64,000 bases of DNA, taken from contig CAYIDA010000005.1 in assembly GCA_964362205.1 (NCBI GenBank), forward strand, positions 1 to 64,000, read 5' to 3'. Position numbers and translations under genes: made by a program. Below are positions 46,101-54,908 of this stretch, piece after piece (the stretch's first letter is position 1; each line of letters starts with the position of its first letter). The notes beneath the pieces are model-generated. The model was given only the letters and a program-made list of their open reading frames with translations, ran no database searches and was not told where the DNA came from. This DNA comes from an uncultured Gammaproteobacteria bacterium. Lineage in GTDB: Bacteria > Patescibacteriota > Patescibacteriia > UBA11705 > JABHMO01.

Positions 46101-47807
46101 TTAACTGTTGAAGAGCCAAAAGCGCCGATGAAAGCGGCTGATATTGAGCCGGCAAAAGCGCCAAAAGTGATTGAACGGCCGAAAGTTGGTCGAGTGATTG
46201 ATGCGAAACCAGCGTCAACGGTTGAAGAGATGAAAACTGGAAAGCCGGAAATTGTGGAATCTTCAGTGATCATGGGTGGTGGACAAGATGAGCTGATAAA
46301 AGCTGGCGTTCTAAAAAAAGGTTTTTGGTCTGAAGTAAAGCCAAGCGTATTAAAAGGCGAGGTCGGTTATCATAGATCGCAGATTTTGGCTTCTGCTCAA
46401 AATATTTATTCAACAGAGCAAGCACTATTAAGGGCGAAAGAAATTGGTGATGTGAAAGGATTTAGGTTATTACAGGAATCTTTAGAAAAAGATATTGCTG
46501 CCGTAGAAGCAAAATATGGTAATATTTTTGAAGAACCGCCGAAAATTGAACCGCCGGTTGAGGTTCCAACTGCAGCAACAACTGAAGCTGTTTCTAAACC
46601 AGCAATTAAAGACGTTAAATATGATGCGGCCAGTGAGCATAAAATAATAACTTCTGGCGAAGTGTCTGTTGACGCTCAAGGGTTGGTTAAAGCCGGTGTT
46701 CTAAAGGAAGATTGGCATAAATTTGTTCAATCAAAAATTCAAAATCCAAGTATGTTGACGACAGTGGTTGAGGGTCGAGCGAGAAGTATTTTATTAACTG
46801 AGCGTGCGTTGATAGACGCGAAAGAAGCCGGTGATTTGAAATCATTTAATGCTTTACAAGCAAAACTGGATAAGCAGATATTTTTAGCCGAAAAAAATTT
46901 AGGCAAAATTTTTGAAAAACCACTGACTATTGAACCGCCAGTTGGAACTATCCAACCAGAGGCGGAAGTTGTGGTTGAAAGGCCAAGAGGCGCGATGAGA
47001 GTAGCTGACGTTGAATCAGGCAAAACAGCGGAACGAGCGATTGAAGTTAAAACAACCGCAAAAGTAATTGAAAAAATTGATAAACCGGAAATAGAAAAAC
47101 CAGTTGCGCCAAAAGTCGCGGAACAAGTTGGAAAAGTTAAAGTGGAACATCCACGAGTTGAAGAAACGGTTGAAAGAATTGAAACCGCTGAGCCGGATCA
47201 TGATTTTGATGAACGCGCCACGGAAGCTGAACTGGATGAAATAGCAAAAAAATATGGAACAGGGTCTGCTGTATCTCACAGAGCGGATGATGCGTTTGCT
47301 GAAATGGACGATAAACCCACTTCTGGATATAAGCCATTACAACCGCATACGGCTAGACCCAGAATTATTGAAACTACTGATGAAGCGCCAAAACCGAGAG
47401 GCGGCAGGGTTCAGGTTGAAGACGTTGAAACCAAACAGTACGGTGATCGCGTGAAGTTTAGAAACGGACGTTTATCAATTAAAGAAGATCAGATATCAAC
47501 CGATCGTCTGCCGACTCGGCCGCGCATTACTCCTGAAGATCTTAAGATTCAGAAAGAAGATCCTGATCCTCTCTGGAAAAAGCTGTTGGGTTCAAAGCAT
47601 AAAGATGAATTTCATTATCATAAGCCGAAGATTAGTCTGCATGAAGAGGCTTTGCATTCTCGCGCTCGCTTACTTCCTGAATTGAAAACAGCGTTGGAAC
47701 AAGCTGAAGAAGCCGGTGATAAAGACGCGGCTTATGCCATTCGTCAGGAGATGAATAAAATTATGAATTCCATGGGCGGAAGAAATCGGGGATCGTTTAG
47801 ACCGTAA
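43191..47807 (+). CDS. Giant hypothetical protein (1538 aa): N-terminal coiled-coil, central TM hairpin, three ~100-aa tandem repeats, basic C-terminus
   Basis: One long frame. Hydrophobic pair NIGLMGAGFVIGAPAIAATLGGGYIAWQVL. Repeats GxxxLxKAGVL(R/K)xDW...ALxxAxxxGxxKxFxLLQxxLxxxIxxAExxYGNxFxEPPKxExPVEV occur three times. The terminator at 47825-47856 follows. Confidence 0.85.
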   Translation: MAKLEASLPKKQQDEIDKIESTEPEERPEAKVELKVVPDLKKEAEIFLGGANALMQRFESFVSKLESFGATDESKVLLEKAKAKHQEFSVLMEEFKKQAELHEKRTKLDENVKELHLDFNRAKDNEKQKAALRGKIEQAEEALYQAKKPAEVNLSAHEKAIAELEMESEKIGGEFKSGETVKWKSEKGEELAGEIVGPAERIGSIIVKTEKNPGGFAIQKGKLEKFVKTIEERPFDATQGDITERDDTKKEKSEAAELIGGAQDFESLAQAIEKIGEIKGMDGKVYGAEILKQIIQDISKHLPENHSPLVNLITRNEGLRDKVRELLQNKRLEIKRNDFADKDVKLNREYGTVTGWLKRALSSTNYLEAKVARDEAYEIYGKERAEAVLANVEKMMGEQIKLADSRAEAFNDAKGWGARAYDVYKNNPLFKKFNRARLITNIGLMGAGFVIGAPAIAATLGGGYIAWQVLGRGLGGVASTISSYDMMSMIARNKGTKVLSKGQEGELQQYSDEQGLSKFKRFFNRKVKVGDREVGARDLYEQKKLELETKQAKSLSNERLDELIEYYEAVVAADGKKPSEDPKYLMLMREKANRFKKALGGENEAVKDIVEGDAFDEIKQAEKIKLTDYLKQKFLVETVLFEKMRTATGDATARKNSKEYQGWSAGQIKLQKQYEALTPELQILVDRFIQSHKQPVMEMLNPKNSDELKGIKAGEVDEAGVWAADWKFNPVLTDEIEELLNQNEVLSQMAAEAGEGEMKKFVSAVEGRDQKVEQKTAALLRFCEKGIKEAQEMIDNKRTEKGYSAVAWKKARQAMAVLIGVGMGSGFIQKHIMEFLAPSVSAEILPASGKGGVIAHVSEAGGGVESEGLINLDKLEKAGVLRPDWQKHISYDVVKDPSKVQSVIMARAREIFLIEKALDQAQAAGNAKEFKLLQGVLDQKIAKAESLYGNVFSEPPKLEAPVEVVSEKPALTVEEPKAPMKAADIEPAKAPKVIERPKVGRVIDAKPASTVEEMKTGKPEIVESSVIMGGGQDELIKAGVLKKGFWSEVKPSVLKGEVGYHRSQILASAQNIYSTEQALLRAKEIGDVKGFRLLQESLEKDIAAVEAKYGNIFEEPPKIEPPVEVPTAATTEAVSKPAIKDVKYDAASEHKIITSGEVSVDAQGLVKAGVLKEDWHKFVQSKIQNPSMLTTVVEGRARSILLTERALIDAKEAGDLKSFNALQAKLDKQIFLAEKNLGKIFEKPLTIEPPVGTIQPEAEVVVERPRGAMRVADVESGKTAERAIEVKTTAKVIEKIDKPEIEKPVAPKVAEQVGKVKVEHPRVEETVERIETAEPDHDFDERATEAELDEIAKKYGTGSAVSHRADDAFAEMDDKPTSGYKPLQPHTARPRIIETTDEAPKPRGGRVQVEDVETKQYGDRVKFRNGRLSIKEDQISTDRLPTRPRITPEDLKIQKEDPDPLWKKLLGSKHKDEFHYHKPKISLHEEALHSRARLLPELKTALEQAEEAGDKDAAYAIRQEMNKIMNSMGGRNRGSFRP

Positions 47808-47824
47808 TTAATTTAACTTTATTT

Positions 47825-47856
47825 TAGGCCGTCCATTGTGACGGCCTTTTTATTTG
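47825..47856 (+). terminator. Rho-independent terminator
   Basis: ggccgtc cattg tgacggcc followed by tttttattt. Confidence 0.75.
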
Positions 47857-47939
47857 TTGTGGAAAATTAGTGATAGTTTTAATATTTGCCCGCTTGTTAT
47901 TTTTATGATAAGATGGCTTACGAAATAACAACTCAATTT

Positions 47940-49190
47940 ATGCCAAGATTTATCATAAAAGGAGGTCAAAAACTAAAAGGAGAGATTCGGGTTAATGGCG
48001 CGAAAAACGCGGCTTTGAAAATCATCGCCGCTTCATTGCTTTCAGACGAGGAAATCACCATAAATAATGTGCCTGACATTGAAGAGGTTAATCGGCTTTT
48101 GGAATTATGCGTTGAAGTTGGCAGTAAAGTTGAACGGATTGACGGCCAAGTAGTCATGAAAACAGAAAAAATTTTATCCGATAATTTGAATCCTGAATTA
48201 GTAAAAAAAATTCGCGCGGCAGTTTTGCTGATTGGACCAATACTTATCCGTCGGGGAGAAGTGCGTTTGCCCCATCCGGGCGGTTGCGCCATCGGCGAGC
48301 GTCCGATTGATATTTTCGTTGACGGCTTCAAAAAATTCGGTGTAGAGGTTGAGGAGAGTGATCATGATTATTATTTCAAAGCGAAAAAACTCAAAGGCAT
48401 GACTTTTGTTTTTCCAAAAATTTCCGTGACCGCGACCGAAGTGTTGATGATGAGCGCGACTTTGGCCGAAGGAACAACGATTTTGAAAAATTGCGCGTGC
48501 GAACCGGAAATTCCGGCGCTGGCGGAATATTTGAATAGCGTTGGCGCGAAGATTACAGGCGCCGGCACGCACACCATTCAGATTGAGGGCGTGGCCAAAT
48601 TGTCAGCCGGTACTTATGAAGTTATTCCGGACAGAGTTGAAGCTGGTGGCTTTGCGATTTTAGGCGCGTTGTGCGGCGATCCGATCAGAGTAACCAATTG
48701 TCGGCCGGAGCACCTTGAGGCGCTCTGGTGCATGTTTGATAAAATGGGTATTGAATATAAATTGGGCCATGATTGGGTGGAGGTGGCTCAACCGAAAAGG
48801 CTGAACTCGGTTGACGTGGTCACTCACGAATATCCGGGATTTATCACTGATTTGCAACAACCGTTTACCGTACTTTTAACGCAAGCGACCGGCATCAGTC
48901 TGGTGCACGAAACGATTTTTGAGGGACGTTTGTTTTATACTGATAAATTGAAACAGATGGGCGCGAATATTATCATGTGTGATCCTCATCGCGTGATTGT
49001 GAATGGCCCGAGCGTTCTTTACGGCCGACATCTTGAGAGTCCTGATTTGCGAGCCGGTTTCGCTTTGGTGATGGCCGGACTGATTGCACAAGGAGAGACG
49101 TTGATTGACAATATTTATCAGATTGACCGCGGTTATGAAAAAATTGAGGAGCGTTTAAAAAAGATTGGCGCGCAAATTGAACGAATTTAA
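47940..49190 (+). CDS. murA: UDP-N-acetylglucosamine 1-carboxyvinyltransferase
   Basis: MPRFIIKGGQKLKGEIRVNGAKNAALKIIAASLL aligns with the E. coli MurA N-terminus. The ORF opens at TTG 47886; in-frame ATGs lie at 47913 and 47940. Confidence 0.9.
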   Translation: MPRFIIKGGQKLKGEIRVNGAKNAALKIIAASLLSDEEITINNVPDIEEVNRLLELCVEVGSKVERIDGQVVMKTEKILSDNLNPELVKKIRAAVLLIGPILIRRGEVRLPHPGGCAIGERPIDIFVDGFKKFGVEVEESDHDYYFKAKKLKGMTFVFPKISVTATEVLMMSATLAEGTTILKNCACEPEIPALAEYLNSVGAKITGAGTHTIQIEGVAKLSAGTYEVIPDRVEAGGFAILGALCGDPIRVTNCRPEHLEALWCMFDKMGIEYKLGHDWVEVAQPKRLNSVDVVTHEYPGFITDLQQPFTVLLTQATGISLVHETIFEGRLFYTDKLKQMGANIIMCDPHRVIVNGPSVLYGRHLESPDLRAGFALVMAGLIAQGETLIDNIYQIDRGYEKIEERLKKIGAQIERI

Positions 49191-49193
49191 TTT

Positions 49194-50456
49194 ATGAATA
49201 ATAACTTTAACGCAGAAGCAACGAAGCAAGGAAGTAAAAAAACAAAGAAAAAAAAGGGAAAGGTTTTTTATGTTTTTATATTTTTAATTTTTATTTTTAT
49301 TGTTTCTCTTTCTGGTTTTACGGTAGGAAAATTTTCTGAAGGGAAAATAACGATTAAGGGTAATCCGACTTTGTATAAAGAAACAAAATTAACCGAGTTG
49401 TTTGACAATAGTTTGGTCGAACAAGCGTGGACGATTTTGAAGAGCGATTTTGTTGATCAAGGAAAACTGGATGAAAAAGAAATGTTCTATGGAGCCTTGA
49501 AGGGTTTTGTGTCAGCCGCAGGTGATCCTTATACGGTTTTGTTTGATCCGCAAACCGCCAAGGAATTCGAAGACCAAATCGCCGGCGCGTTCGAGGGAAT
49601 TGGCGCGGAAATCGGATTGAAAGAAGGAGTGGTTGTGGTGGTGGCAGCTCTGCCGGATAGTCCGGCGTCAAAAGCCGGTCTCATGTCCGGCGATAAAATT
49701 TTCAGTGTTGACGCTAAACAGGTGACTGGCATGAGTTTGGATAAAGTTGTTCGAATGATTCGCGGAGCGAAAGGAACAAATGTTTCCTTGATTATTGTTC
49801 GCGGTGATGAAGAGCCAAGAGAGGTAGTGATTACGCGTGACGTAATTGAATTGAAGAGTATTAAATGGCAGTTTCGTGATGATGGGATTTTAAAAATTGA
49901 TTTAATGGCTTTCAATGTTGATACAACGGATTTGTTTATGCAAATCGTCAAAGAGGCAAAAACGAAAAATCCAAGAGGGATTATCTTGGACTTACGGAAC
50001 AATCCTGGCGGTTTGCTTGATACGGCGCTTGATATTGCTTCAGCTTGGGTGCAAACTGATTTAGTGCTTATAGAGAAATTCGGAGATGGTCGGGAGATTG
50101 CTTACAATGGTTCGAAAAACGCATTTTTCAAGGGACTGCCGACGGTTGTTCTGATAAATCAAGGCAGTGCTTCCGGCTCGGAAATTGTAGCCGGCGCGCT
50201 TCAAGATTATGGCTTGGCCAAAATCGTCGGGCAAAAGAGTTTCGGCAAGGGATCAGTGCAAGCAGTGAAAAAGCTTTCCGACGGTTCATCACTCAAAGTT
50301 ACGATCGCCAAGTGGTTGACGCCAAAAGGCCGCAGTATTAATGACGAAGGTATTAAACCGGACATTGAAGTTAAATTCACCAAAGAAGATTTTGATCAGA
50401 AAAAAGATCCGCAATTGGACAAAGCGATTGAAATATTATTGAAAAAAGATAAGTAA
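49194..50456 (+). CDS. ctpA: Carboxyl-terminal processing protease (S41) with PDZ domain
   Basis: N-terminal TM segment. PDZ region GVVVVVAALPDSPASKAGLMSGDKI. S41 motifs ILDLRNNPGG and INQGSASGSEIVAGALQD. Confidence 0.9.
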   Translation: MNNNFNAEATKQGSKKTKKKKGKVFYVFIFLIFIFIVSLSGFTVGKFSEGKITIKGNPTLYKETKLTELFDNSLVEQAWTILKSDFVDQGKLDEKEMFYGALKGFVSAAGDPYTVLFDPQTAKEFEDQIAGAFEGIGAEIGLKEGVVVVVAALPDSPASKAGLMSGDKIFSVDAKQVTGMSLDKVVRMIRGAKGTNVSLIIVRGDEEPREVVITRDVIELKSIKWQFRDDGILKIDLMAFNVDTTDLFMQIVKEAKTKNPRGIILDLRNNPGGLLDTALDIASAWVQTDLVLIEKFGDGREIAYNGSKNAFFKGLPTVVLINQGSASGSEIVAGALQDYGLAKIVGQKSFGKGSVQAVKKLSDGSSLKVTIAKWLTPKGRSINDEGIKPDIEVKFTKEDFDQKKDPQLDKAIEILLKKDK

Positions 50457-50463
50457 AAATTTT

Positions 50464-50910
50464 ATGAAAATTCTCTTGATTAAACACTTAGAATCATTAG
50501 GCCGCAGAGGAGAAATAAAAAATGTCGCAGAAGGTTACGCGAGAAATTTTTTATTGCCGGGGAAATTTGCGGTGGTGGCCAATGAAGCGAATGTAAAGAA
50601 ATATGCTAATATCGAAAATCAGGTTGAATCGAAACAGGTTAATAAAAAATTAAAAACTCCGGAGGAAATCGCGGCGCGGCTTCGCACGATATCAATCGTG
50701 TTGGCGGAAAAAGCGGATGACAGTGGAACGTTATTCGCCGGCCTTACCAAAGAAAAACTGGTTCAATTGCTCGCGGCCAAAGGCATTGATTTAAAAACAA
50801 AACAAATTGATTTGGCGGAACCAATAAAGAAGATCGGTGATTATAGAATCGGAGTGAATATCAGCGCCAGTTTCAAAAGTGAATTTCGGGTTTCAATAAA
50901 AAAAAATTAA
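50464..50910 (+). CDS. rplI: 50S ribosomal protein L9
   Basis: MKILLIKHLESLGRRGEIKNVAEGYARNFLLP matches the L9 N-domain. 148 aa. Confidence 0.9.
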   Translation: MKILLIKHLESLGRRGEIKNVAEGYARNFLLPGKFAVVANEANVKKYANIENQVESKQVNKKLKTPEEIAARLRTISIVLAEKADDSGTLFAGLTKEKLVQLLAAKGIDLKTKQIDLAEPIKKIGDYRIGVNISASFKSEFRVSIKKN

Positions 50911-50964
50911 AATTTGTATAATTCGTAATTTGTAACATTTGTACGATTTGTAATTTGTAGCAAT
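50911..50964. repeat. F2 half-element (right-arm type only) filling the rplI-pyrG spacer, ending 0 nt before the pyrG ATG
   Basis: aatttgtataattcgtaatttgtaacatttgtacgatttgtaatttgtagcaat then ATG. Confidence 0.7.
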
Positions 50965-52611
50965 ATGTGCAAGTTTATTTTCGTGGTCGGCGGAGTGATG
51001 AGCGGTGTTGGCAAAGGAGTGGCCGCTGCTTCCATCGGCCGGATTTTGCAGAGCAAAGGCTATCGCGTTTCCGCGATTAAGATTGACCCATATATCAATA
51101 TTGACGCCGGCACCATGAATCCCACGGAGCACGGCGAAGTTTTTGTCACAGAGGATGGAGATGAGACTGATCAAGATATTGGCAACTATGAACGCTTTCT
51201 AAATCAGAATATATATTCCGATAACTACATGACCACCGGCCGAGTTTACCAAACAGTAATCGAGCGCGAAAGAAATCTCGGCTATCATGGAAAATGCGTG
51301 GAGGTGGTGCCGCATATTCCCGAGGAAATTATTCGTCGCATAAATAACGCGGCCAAGAAGAGCGACGCTGAAATAATGATGGTGGAAATCGGCGGCACGG
51401 TCGGTGAATATCAAAACCTGTTATTTTTGGAGGCAGCGCGCATGATGAAGATGCAGAATTTTCATGATGTGCTTTTTATTTTGGTTTCTTTTTTGCCGGT
51501 GCCGGGAAAATTGGGAGAAATGAAAACCAAACCAACGCAATATGCGATTCGCACTTTGAATTCCGCCGGCATTCAAGCTGACTTTGTCCTGTGCCGCGCC
51601 GAGCAAGCGATTGACAAAGAACGTAAACAAAAAATTGCCGTGAATGGCGGTTTGTTTCCGGATCATATTATATCCGCGCCGGACGTTGATTCTATTTATG
51701 ATATTCCGGTTAATTTTGAAGCAGAACATTTGGGTGAAAAGATTTTGAAACAATTCGGTTGGAGCCCGCGTCAGATCGGCGGACTTGAGGAATGGAAAGA
51801 GTTCGTGATGAAAAGCAAATCAGCGCAGAAAATAGTTAAAATCGGTATCTGCGGAAAATATTTTAAAACCGGTGATTTTGTTTTAAAGGATTCATACATT
51901 TCTGTGATTGAGGCGATCAAACACGCGGCCGGCGTAAATGATGTTAAGACGGAAATACAATGGCTGAACGCAGAAGTTTACGAAGAAGACGCTTCAAAAC
52001 TGAGAGAGTTGTCACAGTTTGACGGAGTGATTGTGCCGGGCGGTTTTGGCGGACGGGGGGTGGAAGGAAAAATTAATGCTATTCGTTATTTGCGAGAGAA
52101 TAAAATTCCATTTTTCGGGCTTTGCTACGGATTGCAATTAGCGACGATTGAATTTGCCAGGAATGTTTGCGGATTAACGGACGCGACTTCTGAAGAAATC
52201 AATTCGAGCGCCAGTCATCAAGTGATTCATATCATGCCTGACCAAATTCAAAATATTGATCAGAAGAAATACGGCGCGACCATGCGTCTCGGCGCCTACC
52301 CCTGTGTTCTCGACGAGCGTTCGATTTGTTATCAGGCATATGGCGAAAAACAAATATCCGAGCGCCACCGCCACCGCTATGAAGTTAACAATTATTATCG
52401 CGATTTAATGGAACAAAAAGGATTGATGTTTGCCGGCTTGTCGCCTGATCGGCGTTTGGTGGAAGCGATTGAATTGCCCGGACATCCGTTTTTCGTGGCC
52501 ACGCAATTTCATCCTGAATTTAAATCAAGACCAATTGTCGGGCACCCGCTATTTAATGCGTTTATTAAAGTTTGCCTTAATAAATATGAACGAGAATTTA
52601 ATAGTAGATAA
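50965..52611 (+). CDS. pyrG: CTP synthase
   Basis: MCKFIFVVGGVMSGVGKGV... synthetase domain plus a GATase-1 domain (GLCYGLQ). 548 aa. Confidence 0.95.
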   Translation: MCKFIFVVGGVMSGVGKGVAAASIGRILQSKGYRVSAIKIDPYINIDAGTMNPTEHGEVFVTEDGDETDQDIGNYERFLNQNIYSDNYMTTGRVYQTVIERERNLGYHGKCVEVVPHIPEEIIRRINNAAKKSDAEIMMVEIGGTVGEYQNLLFLEAARMMKMQNFHDVLFILVSFLPVPGKLGEMKTKPTQYAIRTLNSAGIQADFVLCRAEQAIDKERKQKIAVNGGLFPDHIISAPDVDSIYDIPVNFEAEHLGEKILKQFGWSPRQIGGLEEWKEFVMKSKSAQKIVKIGICGKYFKTGDFVLKDSYISVIEAIKHAAGVNDVKTEIQWLNAEVYEEDASKLRELSQFDGVIVPGGFGGRGVEGKINAIRYLRENKIPFFGLCYGLQLATIEFARNVCGLTDATSEEINSSASHQVIHIMPDQIQNIDQKKYGATMRLGAYPCVLDERSICYQAYGEKQISERHRHRYEVNNYYRDLMEQKGLMFAGLSPDRRLVEAIELPGHPFFVATQFHPEFKSRPIVGHPLFNAFIKVCLNKYEREFNSR

Positions 52612-52695
52612 AGAGTTTTGATGGAGCTTGTTCGGAGCGATTGGACAAAAGTCAATTTAAAAATCATAAATAGATTTCAGGATAATTAGACTGAT

Positions 52696-52887
52696 TTTTT
52701 TTGTTTTAAAATAGAAGGTTGAGGGAGTCGATAGACCGACGAAACCGACCGCCCGTCAGGGCACCTCAAACCCCCTCCACGTCGCCCTTCGAGTACCTCA
52801 GGGTGACAGGAGGAGGGGGCAGGCTTGCCCAGTACTTGCGCGATGCAAATAGTGCTGGGGGGTGGGGTGCGGTCTTGGTTATAAAAG
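52696..52887 (+). repeat. GC-rich structured element family F5, copy 3
   Basis: Close paralogue of 34895-35074, including the shared upstream gatttttttgtttaaaa(t/a)(g/t)(g/a) context. A six-frame ORF called here is rejected. Confidence 0.6.
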
Positions 52888-53089
52888 TTTTAGTTATTCG
52901 TCAGGCTGACAATAAATAAATCCTGCCAATATTCGTAGCCGTTTTTGAAATGTTTTTTCAAGCCGCATTTCTTCTGGAAATAATTTAACCAACGCTCATT
53001 ATTCATAATATTATTAATCTTGAGAGGAACACTCATCTTGGCTAAAAGTTTGAGGGGTCTTTATTAAACTGTTTATTTTACGAAAAATT

Positions 53090-54433
53090 TCAATAATGCA
53101 GAATGTTTTTTATTGCGTTAATTTCTTCTTCTTTGTTGGCCAAGATTTTTTTAATATTATCAACCCCGCAGGTGGAGGCCTCAAGAAATCCGTTCATGGC
53201 TGCTTCCGCGAACCAGCCGCTGTCTAGCCAGTCGAAGAACCATTGATGCGCGCATGTTGGATCTTCTTGATTGACGCCCGAGCCAATGGCGCGCAACCAA
53301 TTATGATTGAATTTTTCCTGCGAGCCGATGATGGGTGACATGATAATGGGTAGACCGAGCGCGGTATAGAAAGACAGTTCGCTCGGTTTAGTCCAGAGAA
53401 CGTCGGTATGTTTCAAGGAGTTATTGAATTTTCTGAAATAATCTTCTTTGGTCTGGCTGAAAATTATTTTTATTTGTTTATTGATTTGTTCGCGCAATCC
53501 GAGCTTGACGAGTTCACTGCGGAAATATTTACTGACTTCATTGTGAATGCCGGCGACCAGAATCAGATTAATTTTATTTTGTTGTATTTGTTTTTTTAAG
53601 CTCTTGGCGATTTCAATTCCCAGTTCTCTTTGAGCGCCAGCGCCGCCCACGGCAAAAGTGATCGTCAGAGGATGATGTTTTCGGCGCGGGAAATTGGCTT
53701 GACCGAGATGACGGACGATTGATTCCTTAAAGCGGCCTAAATACACCTTTTTTGGATCAAGATTAAACAGGCGATAGCCCAACTCTTTGCGCAAAACATT
53801 TTTATTGTTCGCGCCAATTAATTCTTCAGGTAGAGGAAAGCCGGTGACAAAAATGTTTTCATCTTTGACGCCGTAAAGTTTCAAACGTTCCTCGACGCGG
53901 TGATTGGGCGCGAAATATTTGATTTTGCTTTTTGACGGATTGAGCGGCGCCCAAGCGCGGCTGATGTCAGAGTCAGTGGCCAAGCAATAAATTTCTCCCG
54001 GATATTTAAAAGTTTCAGCCATGAAAGCTGGAATAAAAAAAGTAGCGACGATTGGCAAAGGCTTTTTCGCCAGAGTTTCAAATAAATGTTTGCCCCAATT
54101 TTTTCTTTTAATCAACGAATAAATCGCTTTCAGTTGAAGCGTTGGAGCTGATAAATCTTGCTTGGGATAAAACGGCGGAATTTCCTGAAGTTTGTCATAA
54201 AGATCCCAGACGATTTCGCCGATCAGCGGAGTTTTTTTGAAGCGCGACATGAATTCATAACTTTTTCTGCTGTTCTGCCAGATTTTTTTATCAGCTTCGG
54301 GAATTCCTTTGTAAACATTGGCGTTCAAAACTTCATTGTTTATTGACAGCTTGCGCAGGGGATAAGCGGCGCGTTGATGGCCATAGCCCATGTCCACGGC
54401 GATAATGTACGCTTTTTGGTTGTGATTAGGCAT
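53090..54433 (-). CDS. Putative GT-B fold glycosyltransferase (MurG/MGDG-synthase-like)
   Basis: N-terminal IAVDMGYGHQRAA resembles the G-loop of GT28-type enzymes. C-terminal LGLPIIMSPIIGSQEKFNHNWLRAIGSGV resembles the donor-binding region. 447 aa. Function is tentative. Confidence 0.55.
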   Translation of the reverse strand: MPNHNQKAYIIAVDMGYGHQRAAYPLRKLSINNEVLNANVYKGIPEADKKIWQNSRKSYEFMSRFKKTPLIGEIVWDLYDKLQEIPPFYPKQDLSAPTLQLKAIYSLIKRKNWGKHLFETLAKKPLPIVATFFIPAFMAETFKYPGEIYCLATDSDISRAWAPLNPSKSKIKYFAPNHRVEERLKLYGVKDENIFVTGFPLPEELIGANNKNVLRKELGYRLFNLDPKKVYLGRFKESIVRHLGQANFPRRKHHPLTITFAVGGAGAQRELGIEIAKSLKKQIQQNKINLILVAGIHNEVSKYFRSELVKLGLREQINKQIKIIFSQTKEDYFRKFNNSLKHTDVLWTKPSELSFYTALGLPIIMSPIIGSQEKFNHNWLRAIGSGVNQEDPTCAHQWFFDWLDSGWFAEAAMNGFLEASTCGVDNIKKILANKEEEINAIKNILHY

Positions 54434-54548
54434 AGAGTTACGGGTAGATATTGTTTAATGGTAAACTAAGTATATTTTATCATGAATTGACGGAATAAAA
54501 AATAGTTTGGCGGAATTGTCGTTAAATAAGCCAGTTTCAAATTTGTTG

Positions 54549-54577
54549 TTGACAAACCTGATAAATAGGAGTATACT
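54549..54577 (+). promoter_or_regulatory. Sigma70-like promoter for the cold-shock gene
   Basis: TTGACA (54549-54554), 17-nt spacer, TATACT (54572-54577). It lies ~80 nt upstream of the csp ATG, consistent with the long csp 5' UTRs. Confidence 0.5.
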
Positions 54578-54655
54578 GAAGATCTACAAAATTCGTTTAG
54601 AAAATTGGTCGGGCTTCTACCATTTTGTAATTATTCACTAAACATTATTTATACT

Positions 54656-54856
54656 ATGAAGGGTACAATCAAAACCTTAATTGCTGAAAAGCATTTTGGC
54701 TTCATCACTCCTGAAGACGGCTCAAAGGATGTTTTTTTCCACGAGTCCGGCCTCCAAGGCGTTCAATTTTCTGAATTGAAAGCCGGCGACGCTGTCAGCT
54801 TCGAAATGGAGCAATCTGACAAAGGACCTCGCGCAGTCGGAGTTACTCGCGAATAA
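54656..54856 (+). CDS. cspA: Cold-shock protein (CspA family)
   Basis: MKGTIKTLIAEKHFGFITPEDGSKDVFFHESGL... contains the RNP1/RNP2 cold-shock domain. The ORF opens at TTG 54605; the first ATG is at 54656. Confidence 0.9.
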   Translation: MKGTIKTLIAEKHFGFITPEDGSKDVFFHESGLQGVQFSELKAGDAVSFEMEQSDKGPRAVGVTRE

Positions 54857-54871
54857 ATTTATCAGAAAAAT

Positions 54872-54908
54872 AAAACTCCGGCCGCAAGGCCGGAGTTTTA
54901 TTTTAGTT
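54872..54908. terminator. Bidirectional rho-independent terminator
   Basis: actccggcc gcaa ggccggagt flanked by aaaa and ttttatttt, between convergent csp and the CxxC gene. Confidence 0.8.

Noticed and set aside
52890-53036. Unlisted ~48-aa minus-strand ORF (MSVPLKINNIMNNERWLNYFQKKCGLKKHF...) between F5 copy 3 and the GT-B gene
   Set aside because: No Shine-Dalgarno sequence, no homology and a length below reliable calling. Left unannotated pending comparative or expression evidence.
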